DNA of 64,000 bases from Nitrospirota bacterium. GTDB lineage: Bacteria; Nitrospirota; Thermodesulfovibrionia; Thermodesulfovibrionales; JdFR-88. The translations under genes were made by a program, and so were the position numbers. The notes under the pieces were generated by a model. That model did not search any database. It saw only the letters and a list, made by a program, of their open reading frames with translations, and was not told where the DNA came from. Location of the stretch: positions 47,064 to 111,063 of the forward strand of contig JAJYJK010000004.1 in NCBI GenBank assembly GCA_021789555.1, read 5' to 3'. Below, one piece after another: positions 1-8,839 of the stretch (positions are counted from its first letter, which is position 1; the number at the start of each line of letters is the position of its first letter).

Positions 1-698
1 TCCGCTATGGCCGAGGTAAGCCCGTTATACATCAGCAGCGCGAAGTAGTGCTTGTTTATGATCGGCCTCACGTGCTTGGGGCAGCCGTTTGAGATATTGC
101 TCAGGCCCACCACCGTCTTCATCGGCGGGTCGTTAAGCTCCTGGAACATCTTTATGGCCTTGATGACGTGCAGGGCATGGTCCTGGGAGGTGGCTATCTG
201 GAGCACCAGCGGGTCCAGATAGAGGTCTTCAAGCGGCACGCCGTACTCCATCGCCCTCGCCATTATCTCGGCCGCTATGGCGCAGCGCTCCTCGGCGTCC
301 GCGGGCAGCCCGCCCTTGCCCACGGTCAGCCCTATCACCTGGCAGTTGTACTTCGCCGCGAGTTCGAGGATTGGAAACCTCTCCGGGTCGTTCGATGTGG
401 AATTGATCAGCGGCCTTCCCCACTGGTTGTCATGCGCCTTCAGGCCGGCCTCTATGGCCTTTGAGTTCGTGGTGTCGAGGCAGACAGGCGACGGCACGGC
501 CTCCTGGACGGCCCTCACCATCCACTGCATAAGCTCCTCGCCCTCGTCTTCGGCAGGCCCTATGTTGGCGTCTATCATCCTGGCGCCCGCATTCCACTGG
601 GCCTTGGCGATCTCCTGGATCGGGCCCTTGTCCCTCTTGAGCATCGCTTCACGGACCCGTTTGGCTATAATGCTTAGCTTTTCGCCTATGATGAGCAT
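1..698 (-). CDS. acsE: Methyltetrahydrofolate:corrinoid/iron-sulfur protein methyltransferase (Wood-Ljungdahl), 3' end outside window
   Basis: Not in the ORF track because it is truncated. Manual translation from ATG at 698 (GGAG SD upstream) gives MLIIGEKLSIIAKRVREAM...IDANIG...VCLDTTN...LINSTS...LYLDPLVL...VGLSNISNG, a pterin-binding TIM barrel of the AcsE type. Confidence 0.85.
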   Translation of the reverse strand, partial: MLIIGEKLSIIAKRVREAMLKRDKGPIQEIAKAQWNAGARMIDANIGPAEDEGEELMQWMVRAVQEAVPSPVCLDTTNSKAIEAGLKAHDNQWGRPLINSTSNDPERFPILELAAKYNCQVIGLTVGKGGLPADAEERCAIAAEIMARAMEYGVPLEDLYLDPLVLQIATSQDHALHVIKAIKMFQELNDPPMKTVVGLSNISNGCPKHVRPIINKHYFALLMYNGLTSAIA

Positions 699-815
699 CC
701 TCGACTCCTTGTTTTTAGTTTTTTTCGGACAATCCGAAAACTCCAGAGATAATGAAAATAACATAGTTTTAAAAATGGGTCAAAAATAATTTTTTTATAG
801 GTCTATAAAGAGAAT

Positions 816-860
816 CCCCCGCCCGCCCTTCAAGGTATGGGGCTCCGCCCCATGCCCCGA
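816..860 (+). repeat. Dispersed intergenic palindromic repeat, family A (CCCGCCCGCCCTT...TGGGGCTnCGCCCCAnnCCCC)
   Basis: Related copies at about 1062-1081, 5241-5310, 8131-8157, 10446-10484 (-), 16441-16520 and 50944-50999 (-). Confidence 0.7.
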
Positions 861-1173
861 AACGGCAAAGGAGGCCAATTATCGCCTGCCACCCCATCGC
901 CCATTTACCTGCCTGCCCTATTCATTCGGTCAGGCCGTTCCGGGCGTAAGCTGAAAGGCCCAGTTAAAAAACCGTCTGAAGAAGCGATTACATCCATTTC
1001 TTCTGAACACACCGTCTCTCGTCCGCCGGCCCTCTTCCGTCATTCATAAGGACAGGCTGGTATGGGCTGCCCCCATGCCCCTTTAACAAACGGCCAGGTA
1101 AATATCCGCCTTGCCCTTGAGAAAGGAAGCTATGCGGACGGACACACAACGTCGCATCCTGATGACCCTTGCC

Positions 1174-1254
1174 CTTCGCCCTGAAGACGATTCGACAAAT
1201 CTTTTGGAAACGCCCGGAAGGGAAAGCGCGCGAACGAAAGGACAGGCAGATATG
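1174..1254 (+). repeat. ~80-nt intergenic element, family B (copy 1)
   Basis: Shares blocks TTCGCCCTGAAGACGATTC(G/A)ACAAA and CGAACGAAAGnnCAGGCAGATAT with the reverse complement of 25135-25212. Confidence 0.8.
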
Positions 1255-1352
1255 AAGCCCATATTTTTGAAGCCCACGGGGATTCCCGGAAAACCTGTTT
1301 TCCCGAGTGAGGGGAATACGCTCGCTATAATACTTAAGATATACTTTAACCC

Positions 1353-2273
1353 ATGAAACGAGTCGGGTTCTTCTATGACGACGTTTTTTTGAGGCACGAG
1401 ACCCCGCCCGGGCACCCCGAGTGCGCCGAGAGGCTGCTGGCGATTATAAAGAGCCTCCTCGGATCGGATATCGCCGGCAAGCTCGTCCATAAAAGTCCGC
1501 GGAGGGCGGAGCCCCGGGAGATAGAGGCCGTCCACGACCCGGATTACGTCCGCAAGGTGGCGGGTTTTACCGGCTATTTCGACCCCGACACCTACATATC
1601 CCCCGGCTCTTATGAGGCCGCCCTTTATGCCGCAGGCTCGGTCCCGGGGGCGCTTGAGCTTATAAAAAAGGGCGAGCTCGACCGCGCGTTCTGCGCGGTG
1701 AGGCCCCCCGGGCACCATGCCGAGAGGGACCGCGGTATGGGTTTTTGCATCTTCAATAACGTGGCGGTCGGGGCAAAGGCGGCGCAGAGACTCGGTTTTG
1801 AGCGCGTCTTCATCGTCGACTTCGACGTCCACCACGGAAACGGCACCCAGCACATCTTCTATGAAGACCCCTCCGTCTTCTACTTCAGCACCCATCAATA
1901 TCCGTTTTATCCGGGCACCGGAGCGGATTCGGAGCGGGGGAAGGGCGCCGGGGCCGGCGCGACCTACAATGTGCCGATGGCCTCCGGCTCGGGAATAAAA
2001 CAGTATCTGAGGGTCTACCAGGACCTGCTGCCGCCCCTCATGGCACGCTTCAAGCCGGACGTCGTCCTGGTGTCAGCGGGCTACGACATCTACAGCAACG
2101 ACCCGCTGGCCTCGATAAACGTATCGGAAGAGGGGATAAGAGAAATCGTGGAGGGCATCCTTCGGGCGGCCCCCGCGGTCCCCTCCGTCTTCGTGCTTGA
2201 AGGGGGATATGACCTCGGGGCCCTGGGAAACCTCGTCGTCATAACCCTTGAGCGCATGCTCTATTCGATATAA
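1353..2273 (+). CDS. Histone deacetylase family (AcuC/AphA-like) Zn-dependent deacetylase
   Basis: Motifs HPE, RPPGHHA, GFCIFNN, DFDVHHGNGTQ, SAGYD and LEGGY. Confidence 0.95.
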   Translation: MKRVGFFYDDVFLRHETPPGHPECAERLLAIIKSLLGSDIAGKLVHKSPRRAEPREIEAVHDPDYVRKVAGFTGYFDPDTYISPGSYEAALYAAGSVPGALELIKKGELDRAFCAVRPPGHHAERDRGMGFCIFNNVAVGAKAAQRLGFERVFIVDFDVHHGNGTQHIFYEDPSVFYFSTHQYPFYPGTGADSERGKGAGAGATYNVPMASGSGIKQYLRVYQDLLPPLMARFKPDVVLVSAGYDIYSNDPLASINVSEEGIREIVEGILRAAPAVPSVFVLEGGYDLGALGNLVVITLERMLYSI

Positions 2274-2305
2274 TGCGTCTGCTCTACGCGGAATGATGCG
2301 GCGCT

Positions 2306-4189
2306 CTACCGGGAGCAATGAAAGGCTTTGAACCCCTCTTTTTTCAGCCTTTCGTAATCGGACTTCGTATCGCCGGGCCGGCTGAATTTCCCGACCTGCA
2401 CCTTGTATACGGGCTTGCCGCCTTTCTCCGATTGCTCGATGAAGGCGTCAAACCGCTTTGCCTTAAGACTTCCGGTCAGCTTGACGGCATTTGCCTTTTC
2501 TGAAAAAGCCCCGACCTGAAGCGAATAGACATGCCCGGCGGCGGCTTTTTTATTCTCAACCTTCCGTTTGTCCTGCCGGGGGCCGTTTGCCGCCGCCTCT
2601 TCCTTTTCTTCCTTGGAAAGCAGGGTCCAAAAACCCTGGCTCCTCCGGTTTTGGCCCTTCCCGATTGCCGCCGGTTTTTTGCCTTTTTGCCCCTTTGCGG
2701 AGACGAGCTTCTTCACTCCGGCGGCGGACAGCCCCCCGACGCCGCCGGCTGACTGGTTCTTTATGCCCGCCGGCTTGTTCTTTATGACGCCCGATGGCGG
2801 GTTCTTTACGGTTGACTGGCTGGCAATGGTTTCACCTTGAACCTGCTGCGCCTTCCGGCTATTTGCCGGGGCGACACTATTTGCGGCAGCGCTCGGAGCG
2901 GCGGCATTTATCTGCTTCTGGGGGGCCGGGGTATTTTGTTCTATAACCACGGGCTGGTTCTCGCCTGCCCCGGCCTGTATCTCTTCTTTCGCCCTGCCCT
3001 GCCTTGGCGCCAGATACATGAAAAAGACAAAAGAGGCGGCTGCCCCGGCGAGCACTATCGCCAAAATATAGACAAGGCTTTTTCTTGAGCCGCCTTTGCC
3101 ACTTTTATGCTGCTCTGCCGACTTCATTTCTTTCATAACGGCTTCGGACTCCTTCTCTTGCGATGTCTCGGTCCCCTCATCTGCCGGGGGATCCTGCCTG
3201 CTTCCAAAAAGACCCTCCTTGCGTCTCATCGCCTGCTCGATATGTGATTCAAATCCGGCTTCCTTTGGGACTCCCGGTCCGGCTTCGCCAGGCATCATGG
3301 ACACCGGTGTCGTGGATGCTGGCATCCCGGACGCTGGTGCCTCAGGCACTGACGTAATGGGCACTGGCGCCCCGGACACTGGTGTCCCCGCCGGTTCACT
3401 CCATGCGTCCGTTTCGGGCCAGGCGTCCGTTTTGGGGGCTGCCTCTTCAATCGCGTCCCGGCCGGCATCCTCCAGCCCCGACATTTCAGGGGGCATCTCA
3501 GGTATTGGGGTCTCATCGGATAGCCGGGTTTCATCCGGCAGCAGGGCCATGGGGAGGTTCGATCCGTCCGTATATTCATGAGTTTCCGGCTGCCCGTCGA
3601 AGGTATCCGGCTGCCCGCCGAGGGCTTCCGGCTGCACACTAAAGGTATCAGGCTGCTCCTCATCTTCGCTGCCGGGCTCCGCCGGAGGGAAATCCCCGGC
3701 CTCATTTATTTCATCTTCGGAGAGTCTTACAATGCCATCTTCTTCAGAGAAAGAGCCAGCTTCTTCAGAGACTTCAGAGATAGCATTTTCCACGACCTTC
3801 CCGGCGGGCGTCTCGGCCGGTATGCCCTCGAGTGTCGCCTTGCTCTTGGCGATGACCTCCGCGTCATTCAGCGGGACCTTCACGAAATTGACTATCCCGT
3901 ATAAATCCCTGTACCTGGGCTCGTATTCCTTGTCCTTTACGGTAAGAAGGAGAATCGGCACTTTGCGAAGAAACTCCATTGCCCGGAGCCTGCTTATGAA
4001 TTCAGTCCCGCCCGCGTCTTTCAGGGAAAGGTCCAGGAAGATGAGAGAGGGCTTTACCCTCCTTGCCATCACGATGCCGGCCTCCGCACCCGAAGCGGTG
4101 AAAACAAAATAGCCTTCGGCCTCAAGAGCCCTTGCTATCTGCCTCGCGGTATCGAATTCCTTCTCTATTACAAGTACATTCTTCGGCAT
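2306..4189 (-). CDS. Membrane-anchored protein: N-terminal receiver domain, acidic/Pro-rich linker, one TM helix, C-terminal SPOR domain
   Basis: Receiver fold (VLVIE...PSLIFLD...VPILLLT), hydrophobic stretch LVYILAIVLAGAAASFVFFMYL, SPOR signature YSLQVGAFS...NA...YKVQVG. Confidence 0.8.
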   Translation of the reverse strand: MPKNVLVIEKEFDTARQIARALEAEGYFVFTASGAEAGIVMARRVKPSLIFLDLSLKDAGGTEFISRLRAMEFLRKVPILLLTVKDKEYEPRYRDLYGIVNFVKVPLNDAEVIAKSKATLEGIPAETPAGKVVENAISEVSEEAGSFSEEDGIVRLSEDEINEAGDFPPAEPGSEDEEQPDTFSVQPEALGGQPDTFDGQPETHEYTDGSNLPMALLPDETRLSDETPIPEMPPEMSGLEDAGRDAIEEAAPKTDAWPETDAWSEPAGTPVSGAPVPITSVPEAPASGMPASTTPVSMMPGEAGPGVPKEAGFESHIEQAMRRKEGLFGSRQDPPADEGTETSQEKESEAVMKEMKSAEQHKSGKGGSRKSLVYILAIVLAGAAASFVFFMYLAPRQGRAKEEIQAGAGENQPVVIEQNTPAPQKQINAAAPSAAANSVAPANSRKAQQVQGETIASQSTVKNPPSGVIKNKPAGIKNQSAGGVGGLSAAGVKKLVSAKGQKGKKPAAIGKGQNRRSQGFWTLLSKEEKEEAAANGPRQDKRKVENKKAAAGHVYSLQVGAFSEKANAVKLTGSLKAKRFDAFIEQSEKGGKPVYKVQVGKFSRPGDTKSDYERLKKEGFKAFHCSR

Positions 4190-4252
4190 CGCAGACGCAA
4201 CATTATTTCACAATAAAACAGCTAATTGCAAGTAATTTCTTAAAGCTAAGCT

Positions 4253-5212
4253 TTATTTCTCCATAGACTCGACCAGAGCGGCGGCCAGGAGGGGAAACAT
4301 TATCTCATGGTGGCCGGTCAGCGCGTAAGAGGCCCCGCCCCGGAGGGTGGGCCGTCTGAGGACGTTTTCACTTGGCCTGTAGTGCTGTATGAAATCCATA
4401 TTCACAGTCGTTATGTTTTCCGTCCGGTGGCCCAGGTTTCGGGCGATGGTCAGGGCCTTCAGGAAAACCTCCGGCAGGACGACCGCCGAACCGAGATTTA
4501 TGTAGACCCCCTCTTCCAGTCCGGCCAGCACTGAAGCGAAGAGCCTGAAATCCCTGAAAGTGGCCTCTCCGGTGAGCGCCCCGTCGGCGGAGGGGTGCAT
4601 GTGGATTATGTCTGCGCCCATCGTGACGTGCACCGTCATCGGGATTTTCTGCGCGTATCCCTGGGCGAAGATGCTCTTGTCCTTGTTGGGGAAGCGTTTT
4701 TGCCCCCTGCTTATTGCCCTGCCGACGGACTCCCCCAGTCCGAGCCCGTCTTTCACCCCGTCCCTGATGGCGCGGTTGAGGTAAACCCCGGTCTCCCGGG
4801 CCATGCCGAAGGTCCCCTTGCAGAGCTCCTCAGCGACGTCCTCCGAAGTGCGCCCTATGAAGGCAAGCTCGAAATCATGCACGATGGCGGCCCCGTTGGT
4901 GGCCACGGCCGTTATTATACCGCGCCTCATGAGGTCTATTATGAGGGGGGAAAGGCCGACCTTTATGGGGTGCGCCCCCATGCCCAGAACGACGGGCCTG
5001 CCCTTCCTGCGCGCAGTCGTTATCTTCTCCACGACCGCCTTGAAATCCCTCGCGGCAAGCAGGCCCGGCAGGTTTTGCAAGAAATCCGAAAAGCGGCTTC
5101 CGGCCTGCACCGGTTTGGCGGTCAGGTCGATTTCGACCCTGGATTTTCTGCCCGCAAGCGGAACGGTCTTTATCTTTTTCAGATCGAGTTTTTTCACCTT
5201 CGGTCCTGACAT
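4253..5212 (-). CDS. Conserved protein with a deoxyhypusine-synthase-like fold (function unknown)
   Basis: Motifs GMGAHPIKVG, ATNGAAIVHD, GADIIHMHP, GSAVVLPEVFLKAL and GHHEIM. Start placed at ATG 5212, downstream of a TGTTAAAAT box. Confidence 0.6.
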   Translation of the reverse strand: MSGPKVKKLDLKKIKTVPLAGRKSRVEIDLTAKPVQAGSRFSDFLQNLPGLLAARDFKAVVEKITTARRKGRPVVLGMGAHPIKVGLSPLIIDLMRRGIITAVATNGAAIVHDFELAFIGRTSEDVAEELCKGTFGMARETGVYLNRAIRDGVKDGLGLGESVGRAISRGQKRFPNKDKSIFAQGYAQKIPMTVHVTMGADIIHMHPSADGALTGEATFRDFRLFASVLAGLEEGVYINLGSAVVLPEVFLKALTIARNLGHRTENITTVNMDFIQHYRPSENVLRRPTLRGGASYALTGHHEIMFPLLAAALVESMEK

Positions 5213-5420
5213 GGTATGGGATTTTAACATAAAAGAGGATTCCCCACCCTCCGCCCTTTTATTTGGATGGGGCTTCGCTCCAAACCCCGAAAAGCCCGAG
5301 CAGAAGGCGGTTCACTTGCAATCGGCTTGTTTAAAGAAAATGCCGCCGGGCAATGACGGCAAAGCTGCGGGGGGGGGCATGCCCGGTTTTCATTGCCGGT
5401 ATGTTAAACTAGGGAGAAAC

Positions 5421-5855
5421 ATGGAAGAAATTGGCGTTGTCATAAAGACGCTCGGACGGTTCGCCAAGGTCTCCATCGCAAAGCCAAAGGGAATCTGCGA
5501 GCACTGCACGCTGGGGACATGCCATGTCTCCGAGGAGGGTTCCGAGATAGAGGCCCTGAACATGGCGGGCGCACGCGAAGGCCAGAAGGTAAGGGTGGTC
5601 ATGAAGCCCTTCTCCTACATGAAAGGCTCGCTCATCGTCTACGGACTGCCCGTCCTGGCCCTTGTCCTGGGGGCCATCCTCGGCAAGGAACTCGCCTTGA
5701 GCCAGCTAAAGGGCAGCGACCCCGATTCCATCTCCGCGATATTCGCTTTCGGCGCATTCGGCATCTCTTTCCTGTTCGTGAAAATCTGGTCATCGAAGGC
5801 GGAAAAAAAACTTGAATACAAGCCCGTAATCGAAGAAATACTGACTGACACTTAA
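5421..5855 (+). CDS. RseC/MucC family membrane protein
   Basis: ATG 5421 with GGGAG SD; MEEIGVV..., Cys motif CEHCTLGTC, two C-terminal TM helices and YKPVI. Confidence 0.8.
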   Translation: MEEIGVVIKTLGRFAKVSIAKPKGICEHCTLGTCHVSEEGSEIEALNMAGAREGQKVRVVMKPFSYMKGSLIVYGLPVLALVLGAILGKELALSQLKGSDPDSISAIFAFGAFGISFLFVKIWSSKAEKKLEYKPVIEEILTDT

Positions 5856-5875
5856 TACCCGGAGGTTTCTATCCT

Positions 5876-7966
5876 ATGGCAAACTTTGCGGTGCAGGCGA
5901 TCAGGAATGTAGTTTTGATTGGGCACGGCGGCTCCGGCAAGACCTCTCTTGCGGAGGCCATGCTCTTTACCGCGGGCGCGGTCGACAGGATGGGCAGCGC
6001 GCAGGACGGCACCACCATAATGGATTTCGAGCCCGAAGAGATCAGCAGGAAGGCCACCATCGGCACATCGGTCGCCTTCTGCAACTGGAAGGGCAACCGG
6101 CTCAATCTGATAGACACCCCCGGGTTCATAAACTTCATCGAGGAGACACACGCGGGCATGAGGGCGGCCGACGGGGCCATAATGGTCGCAAGCGCCGTCC
6201 ACGGGATAAAGGCGGAGGCCGAAAAGCTCTGCGAATACGCCTCGGAGTTCGAACTGCCCATGATGGTCTTTGTAAGCGAGATGGACAAGGACCTTGCCGA
6301 TTTCCCAAAAACCCTGGAAGAGATCGAGAGGTCTTTCCGGAAGGAGGCCATCCCGCTTGATATCCCGATCGGCTTCGGCGCCTCCTTGAAGGGCCTCGTG
6401 GACCTTATCGAGATGAAGGCCTATATCTACGAAAACGGCAAGGCAAGCGAGGCGCCCATGCCCTTCGGCATGGACGCGGAGATACAAAAATACAGGAAAA
6501 AGCTGGTCGAAAAGATAGCCGAGTCCGACGACAACCTCCTTTCCATATACCTTGACGGAGGGGAGATAACAAAAGAAGAGATCATAAACGGCGTAAAGAC
6601 CGGCTCCATTACCGGGCAGTTCATACCGGTCGCGGCCGGCTCGTCCGTGAAAAACATCGGCGCGGACAGGCTGATGGACGCAATCGTCCTGTGCCTGCCC
6701 TCCCCGGAGGAGCGCGCGAAGGTCTCGCCCCCGGAGGGGAAAAACGCGAAGACCGGCGAGCCGGAAAAAAGGCTGCCCGAGGTCTCCGCGCCACTTTCGG
6801 CCTACGTCTTCAAGACCGTCGCGGACCCCTTTACCGGCAGGCTCTCGATATTCCGCGTCTACTCCGGCAGCATCAGTTCGGACTCAAGCGCCTTCAATGC
6901 CGCAACCGGCGCAAGGGAGCGCGTGGGGCAGCTCTTCTATCCGTTCGGCAAAAAACAGGTCCCGGTGCAGGGCCTGGGACCGGGCGAGATAGGCGTCGTG
7001 GCCAAGCTCAAGGAGACGAACACGGGCGATACCCTCTCCGATGAGGCGCACCCAATCCTGTTTGAGAAGGTGAAACTGGCCGAGCCCCTGATCTCCTACG
7101 CCATCGCCTCCAAATCAAAAGGGGACGAGGAAAAAGTCAGCTCCGGCCTCCATAAAATCCTGGAAGAGGACCCGGCCCTCCAGTTCCACAGGGACGAGGA
7201 GACGAAGGAGATGATACTCTCCGGGATGGGGCAGCTCCACCTCGAAGTGGCCCTCGAAAAACTCAAACGGAAATTCGGGGTTGATGTCGAGATGAAGACC
7301 CCGAAGATACCTTACCGCGAGACGGTAACCGGCGCTTCGAGGGTGCAGGGCAGGTATAAAAAGCAGTCGGGTGGCAGGGGTCAGTACGGCGACTGCTGGA
7401 TAGAGGTGAAACCCCGGCCGCGCGGCGCGGGATTTGAATTCATCGACGCCGTCGTGGGCGGGGCGATACCGAGAAACTACATACCGGCGGTCGAAAAGGG
7501 GATCCTCGAGACGCTGAAAGAAGGCATCATCGCCGGCTATCCGATGATAGACCTGAGTATTACGCTCTTTGACGGCTCGTTCCACCCGGTCGACTCCTCC
7601 GAGATGGCCTTCAAGATTGCGGGCTCGATGGCGATAAAAAAAGGCGCGACAGAGGCGAAACCGGTCCTGCTTGAGCCCATCATGAAGGTAAATATAATAG
7701 TGCCGGAGGAGACCCTGGGCGCGGTCATCGGGGACCTGAACGCCAAGAGGGGAAAGGTGCAGGGGATGGAGCAGTCCGGCAACAACCAGAAGATAGCGGC
7801 CCTCGTCCCCATGTCCGAGATGCTCACATACGCCAACCAGCTCCAGAGCCTCACGGCCGGCAGGGGCCTCTACACCATGCAGTTCTCCCATTACGAACAG
7901 GTGCCGGGGCACCTCGCGCAGAAGATAATAGCGGAATCCGAGGCCAAGAGGAAGAAGGAAGAATAA
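5876..7966 (+). CDS. fusA: Elongation factor G paralogue (EF-G2/FusA-like)
   Basis: 696 aa; G1 GHGGSGKTS (not the canonical AHIDAGKTT), DTPG, GMGQLHL, KQSGGRGQYG, DSSEMAFKIA; lies outside the str operon. Confidence 0.9.
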   Translation: MANFAVQAIRNVVLIGHGGSGKTSLAEAMLFTAGAVDRMGSAQDGTTIMDFEPEEISRKATIGTSVAFCNWKGNRLNLIDTPGFINFIEETHAGMRAADGAIMVASAVHGIKAEAEKLCEYASEFELPMMVFVSEMDKDLADFPKTLEEIERSFRKEAIPLDIPIGFGASLKGLVDLIEMKAYIYENGKASEAPMPFGMDAEIQKYRKKLVEKIAESDDNLLSIYLDGGEITKEEIINGVKTGSITGQFIPVAAGSSVKNIGADRLMDAIVLCLPSPEERAKVSPPEGKNAKTGEPEKRLPEVSAPLSAYVFKTVADPFTGRLSIFRVYSGSISSDSSAFNAATGARERVGQLFYPFGKKQVPVQGLGPGEIGVVAKLKETNTGDTLSDEAHPILFEKVKLAEPLISYAIASKSKGDEEKVSSGLHKILEEDPALQFHRDEETKEMILSGMGQLHLEVALEKLKRKFGVDVEMKTPKIPYRETVTGASRVQGRYKKQSGGRGQYGDCWIEVKPRPRGAGFEFIDAVVGGAIPRNYIPAVEKGILETLKEGIIAGYPMIDLSITLFDGSFHPVDSSEMAFKIAGSMAIKKGATEAKPVLLEPIMKVNIIVPEETLGAVIGDLNAKRGKVQGMEQSGNNQKIAALVPMSEMLTYANQLQSLTAGRGLYTMQFSHYEQVPGHLAQKIIAESEAKRKKEE

Positions 7967-7970
7967 AGTG

Positions 7971-8160
7971 GAATACCCGCCCGAATACCCGCCCGGATTT
8001 CACGCGCGGACTAAAGCCCGCGTGGCCTATTTAAATAAACCACCCCGCCGCAAGCGGACGGGGTATTAAGGCGATCTTTAGATTCCTATTCGTGGCAAGC
8101 CACGGGGAATTAACCCTAAGAAAGATTAAATGGGGGGCTCGCGCCCCCCAAACCCCCTAA
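7971..8160. repeat. Cluster of REP/IS200-IS605-end-like hairpins and a 12-bp tandem duplication
   Basis: GAATACCCGCCC x2; hairpins CACGCGCGGACTAAAGCCCGCGTG (8001-8024), ACCCCGCCGCAAGCGGACGGGGT (8042-8064), CGTGGCAAGCCACG (8091-8104); family A copy at 8131-8157. Confidence 0.7.
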
Positions 8161-8365
8161 ACAGCAAGCTTCTCCCGGAAATAAAAAACGAGTGCCCTGA
8201 TTGAGGGCCGGTGCGAAATGCCCCTTCTTAATAACACTTTTGTGCCAAGGCGGCGGATGCGAAAATACTCTTTAAACTCTACATCCCTGAATTTTGTTAT
8301 AATGCCGCAGTTATAAACGGAAATCTTGATTATGTGGTCAGGGCATAAAAGGGCATTGTCTTTGT

Positions 8366-8401
8366 CCCCTCGCCCTTTGGGAGAGGGCTAGGGTGAGGGA
8401 G
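8366..8401 (-). repeat. BoxC-like repeat, left arm of the inverted pair flanking the DUF559 gene
   Basis: Reverse complement CTCCCTCACCCTAGCCCTCTCCCAAAGGGCGAGGGG matches 8755-8790 at 34 of 36 positions. Confidence 0.9.
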
Positions 8402-8839
8402 ATTGCGTTTTCATCCAAAATTCCGATCCCTAAAGAACTACTCCAAGCCTGTCGCGACCTTCGCCGGAATTCAACTGATGCAGAAAATTTGCTTTGGAGA
8501 TTACTACGTGGCCGCCAATTGAACGGCGCAAAATTCCGCCGCCAACATCCCATCGGCCATTTCATTCTTGATTTTTATTGTGATGAACTTAAGTTAGCCA
8601 TTGAACTCGATGGCGGCGGGCATGCAGAAGAGAAGCAAAAATTATATGATGAGCAAAGGACAAGGGCGTTAGAAGGAGAAGGCATAAAAGTTCTGAGATT
8701 TTGGAATAATGATGTGCTCACTAGAACGGAGGCGATTTTAGAGACGATTTGGGACTCCCTCACCCCGGCCCTCTCCCAAAGGGCGAGGGGGAACGAACAC
8801 AAAGAGAAAAAGAATGCGGCAAAAGAACAAATCGGCTAA
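8393..8839 (+). CDS. DUF559 / Vsr-like PD-(D/E)XK endonuclease
   Basis: Motifs LRRNSTDAE..LW..LR, KFRRQHPIG.FILDFYC, LAIELDGGGH, VLRFWNNDV. Confidence 0.9.
   Translation: MREIAFSSKIPIPKELLQACRDLRRNSTDAENLLWRLLRGRQLNGAKFRRQHPIGHFILDFYCDELKLAIELDGGGHAEEKQKLYDEQRTRALEGEGIKVLRFWNNDVLTRTEAILETIWDSLTPALSQRARGNEHKEKKNAAKEQIG
8755..8790 (+). repeat. BoxC-like repeat, right arm of the inverted pair
   Basis: CTCCCTCACCCCGGCCCTCTCCCAAAGGGCGAGGGG, translated within the DUF559 C-terminus as SLTPALSQRARG. Confidence 0.9.

Noticed and set aside
837-1356. Short ORFs in the acsE-deacetylase intergenic region
   Set aside because: They run through repeat elements and show no recognisable protein features.
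4803-5420. N-terminal extension of the 350-aa ORF in the track
   Set aside because: Antisense to the DHS-like gene; the RseC-like part starts at 5421 with an SD.
7967-8340. CRISPR array or tRNA integration site at the island border
   Set aside because: No regularly spaced identical repeats, no cloverleaf and no integrase.
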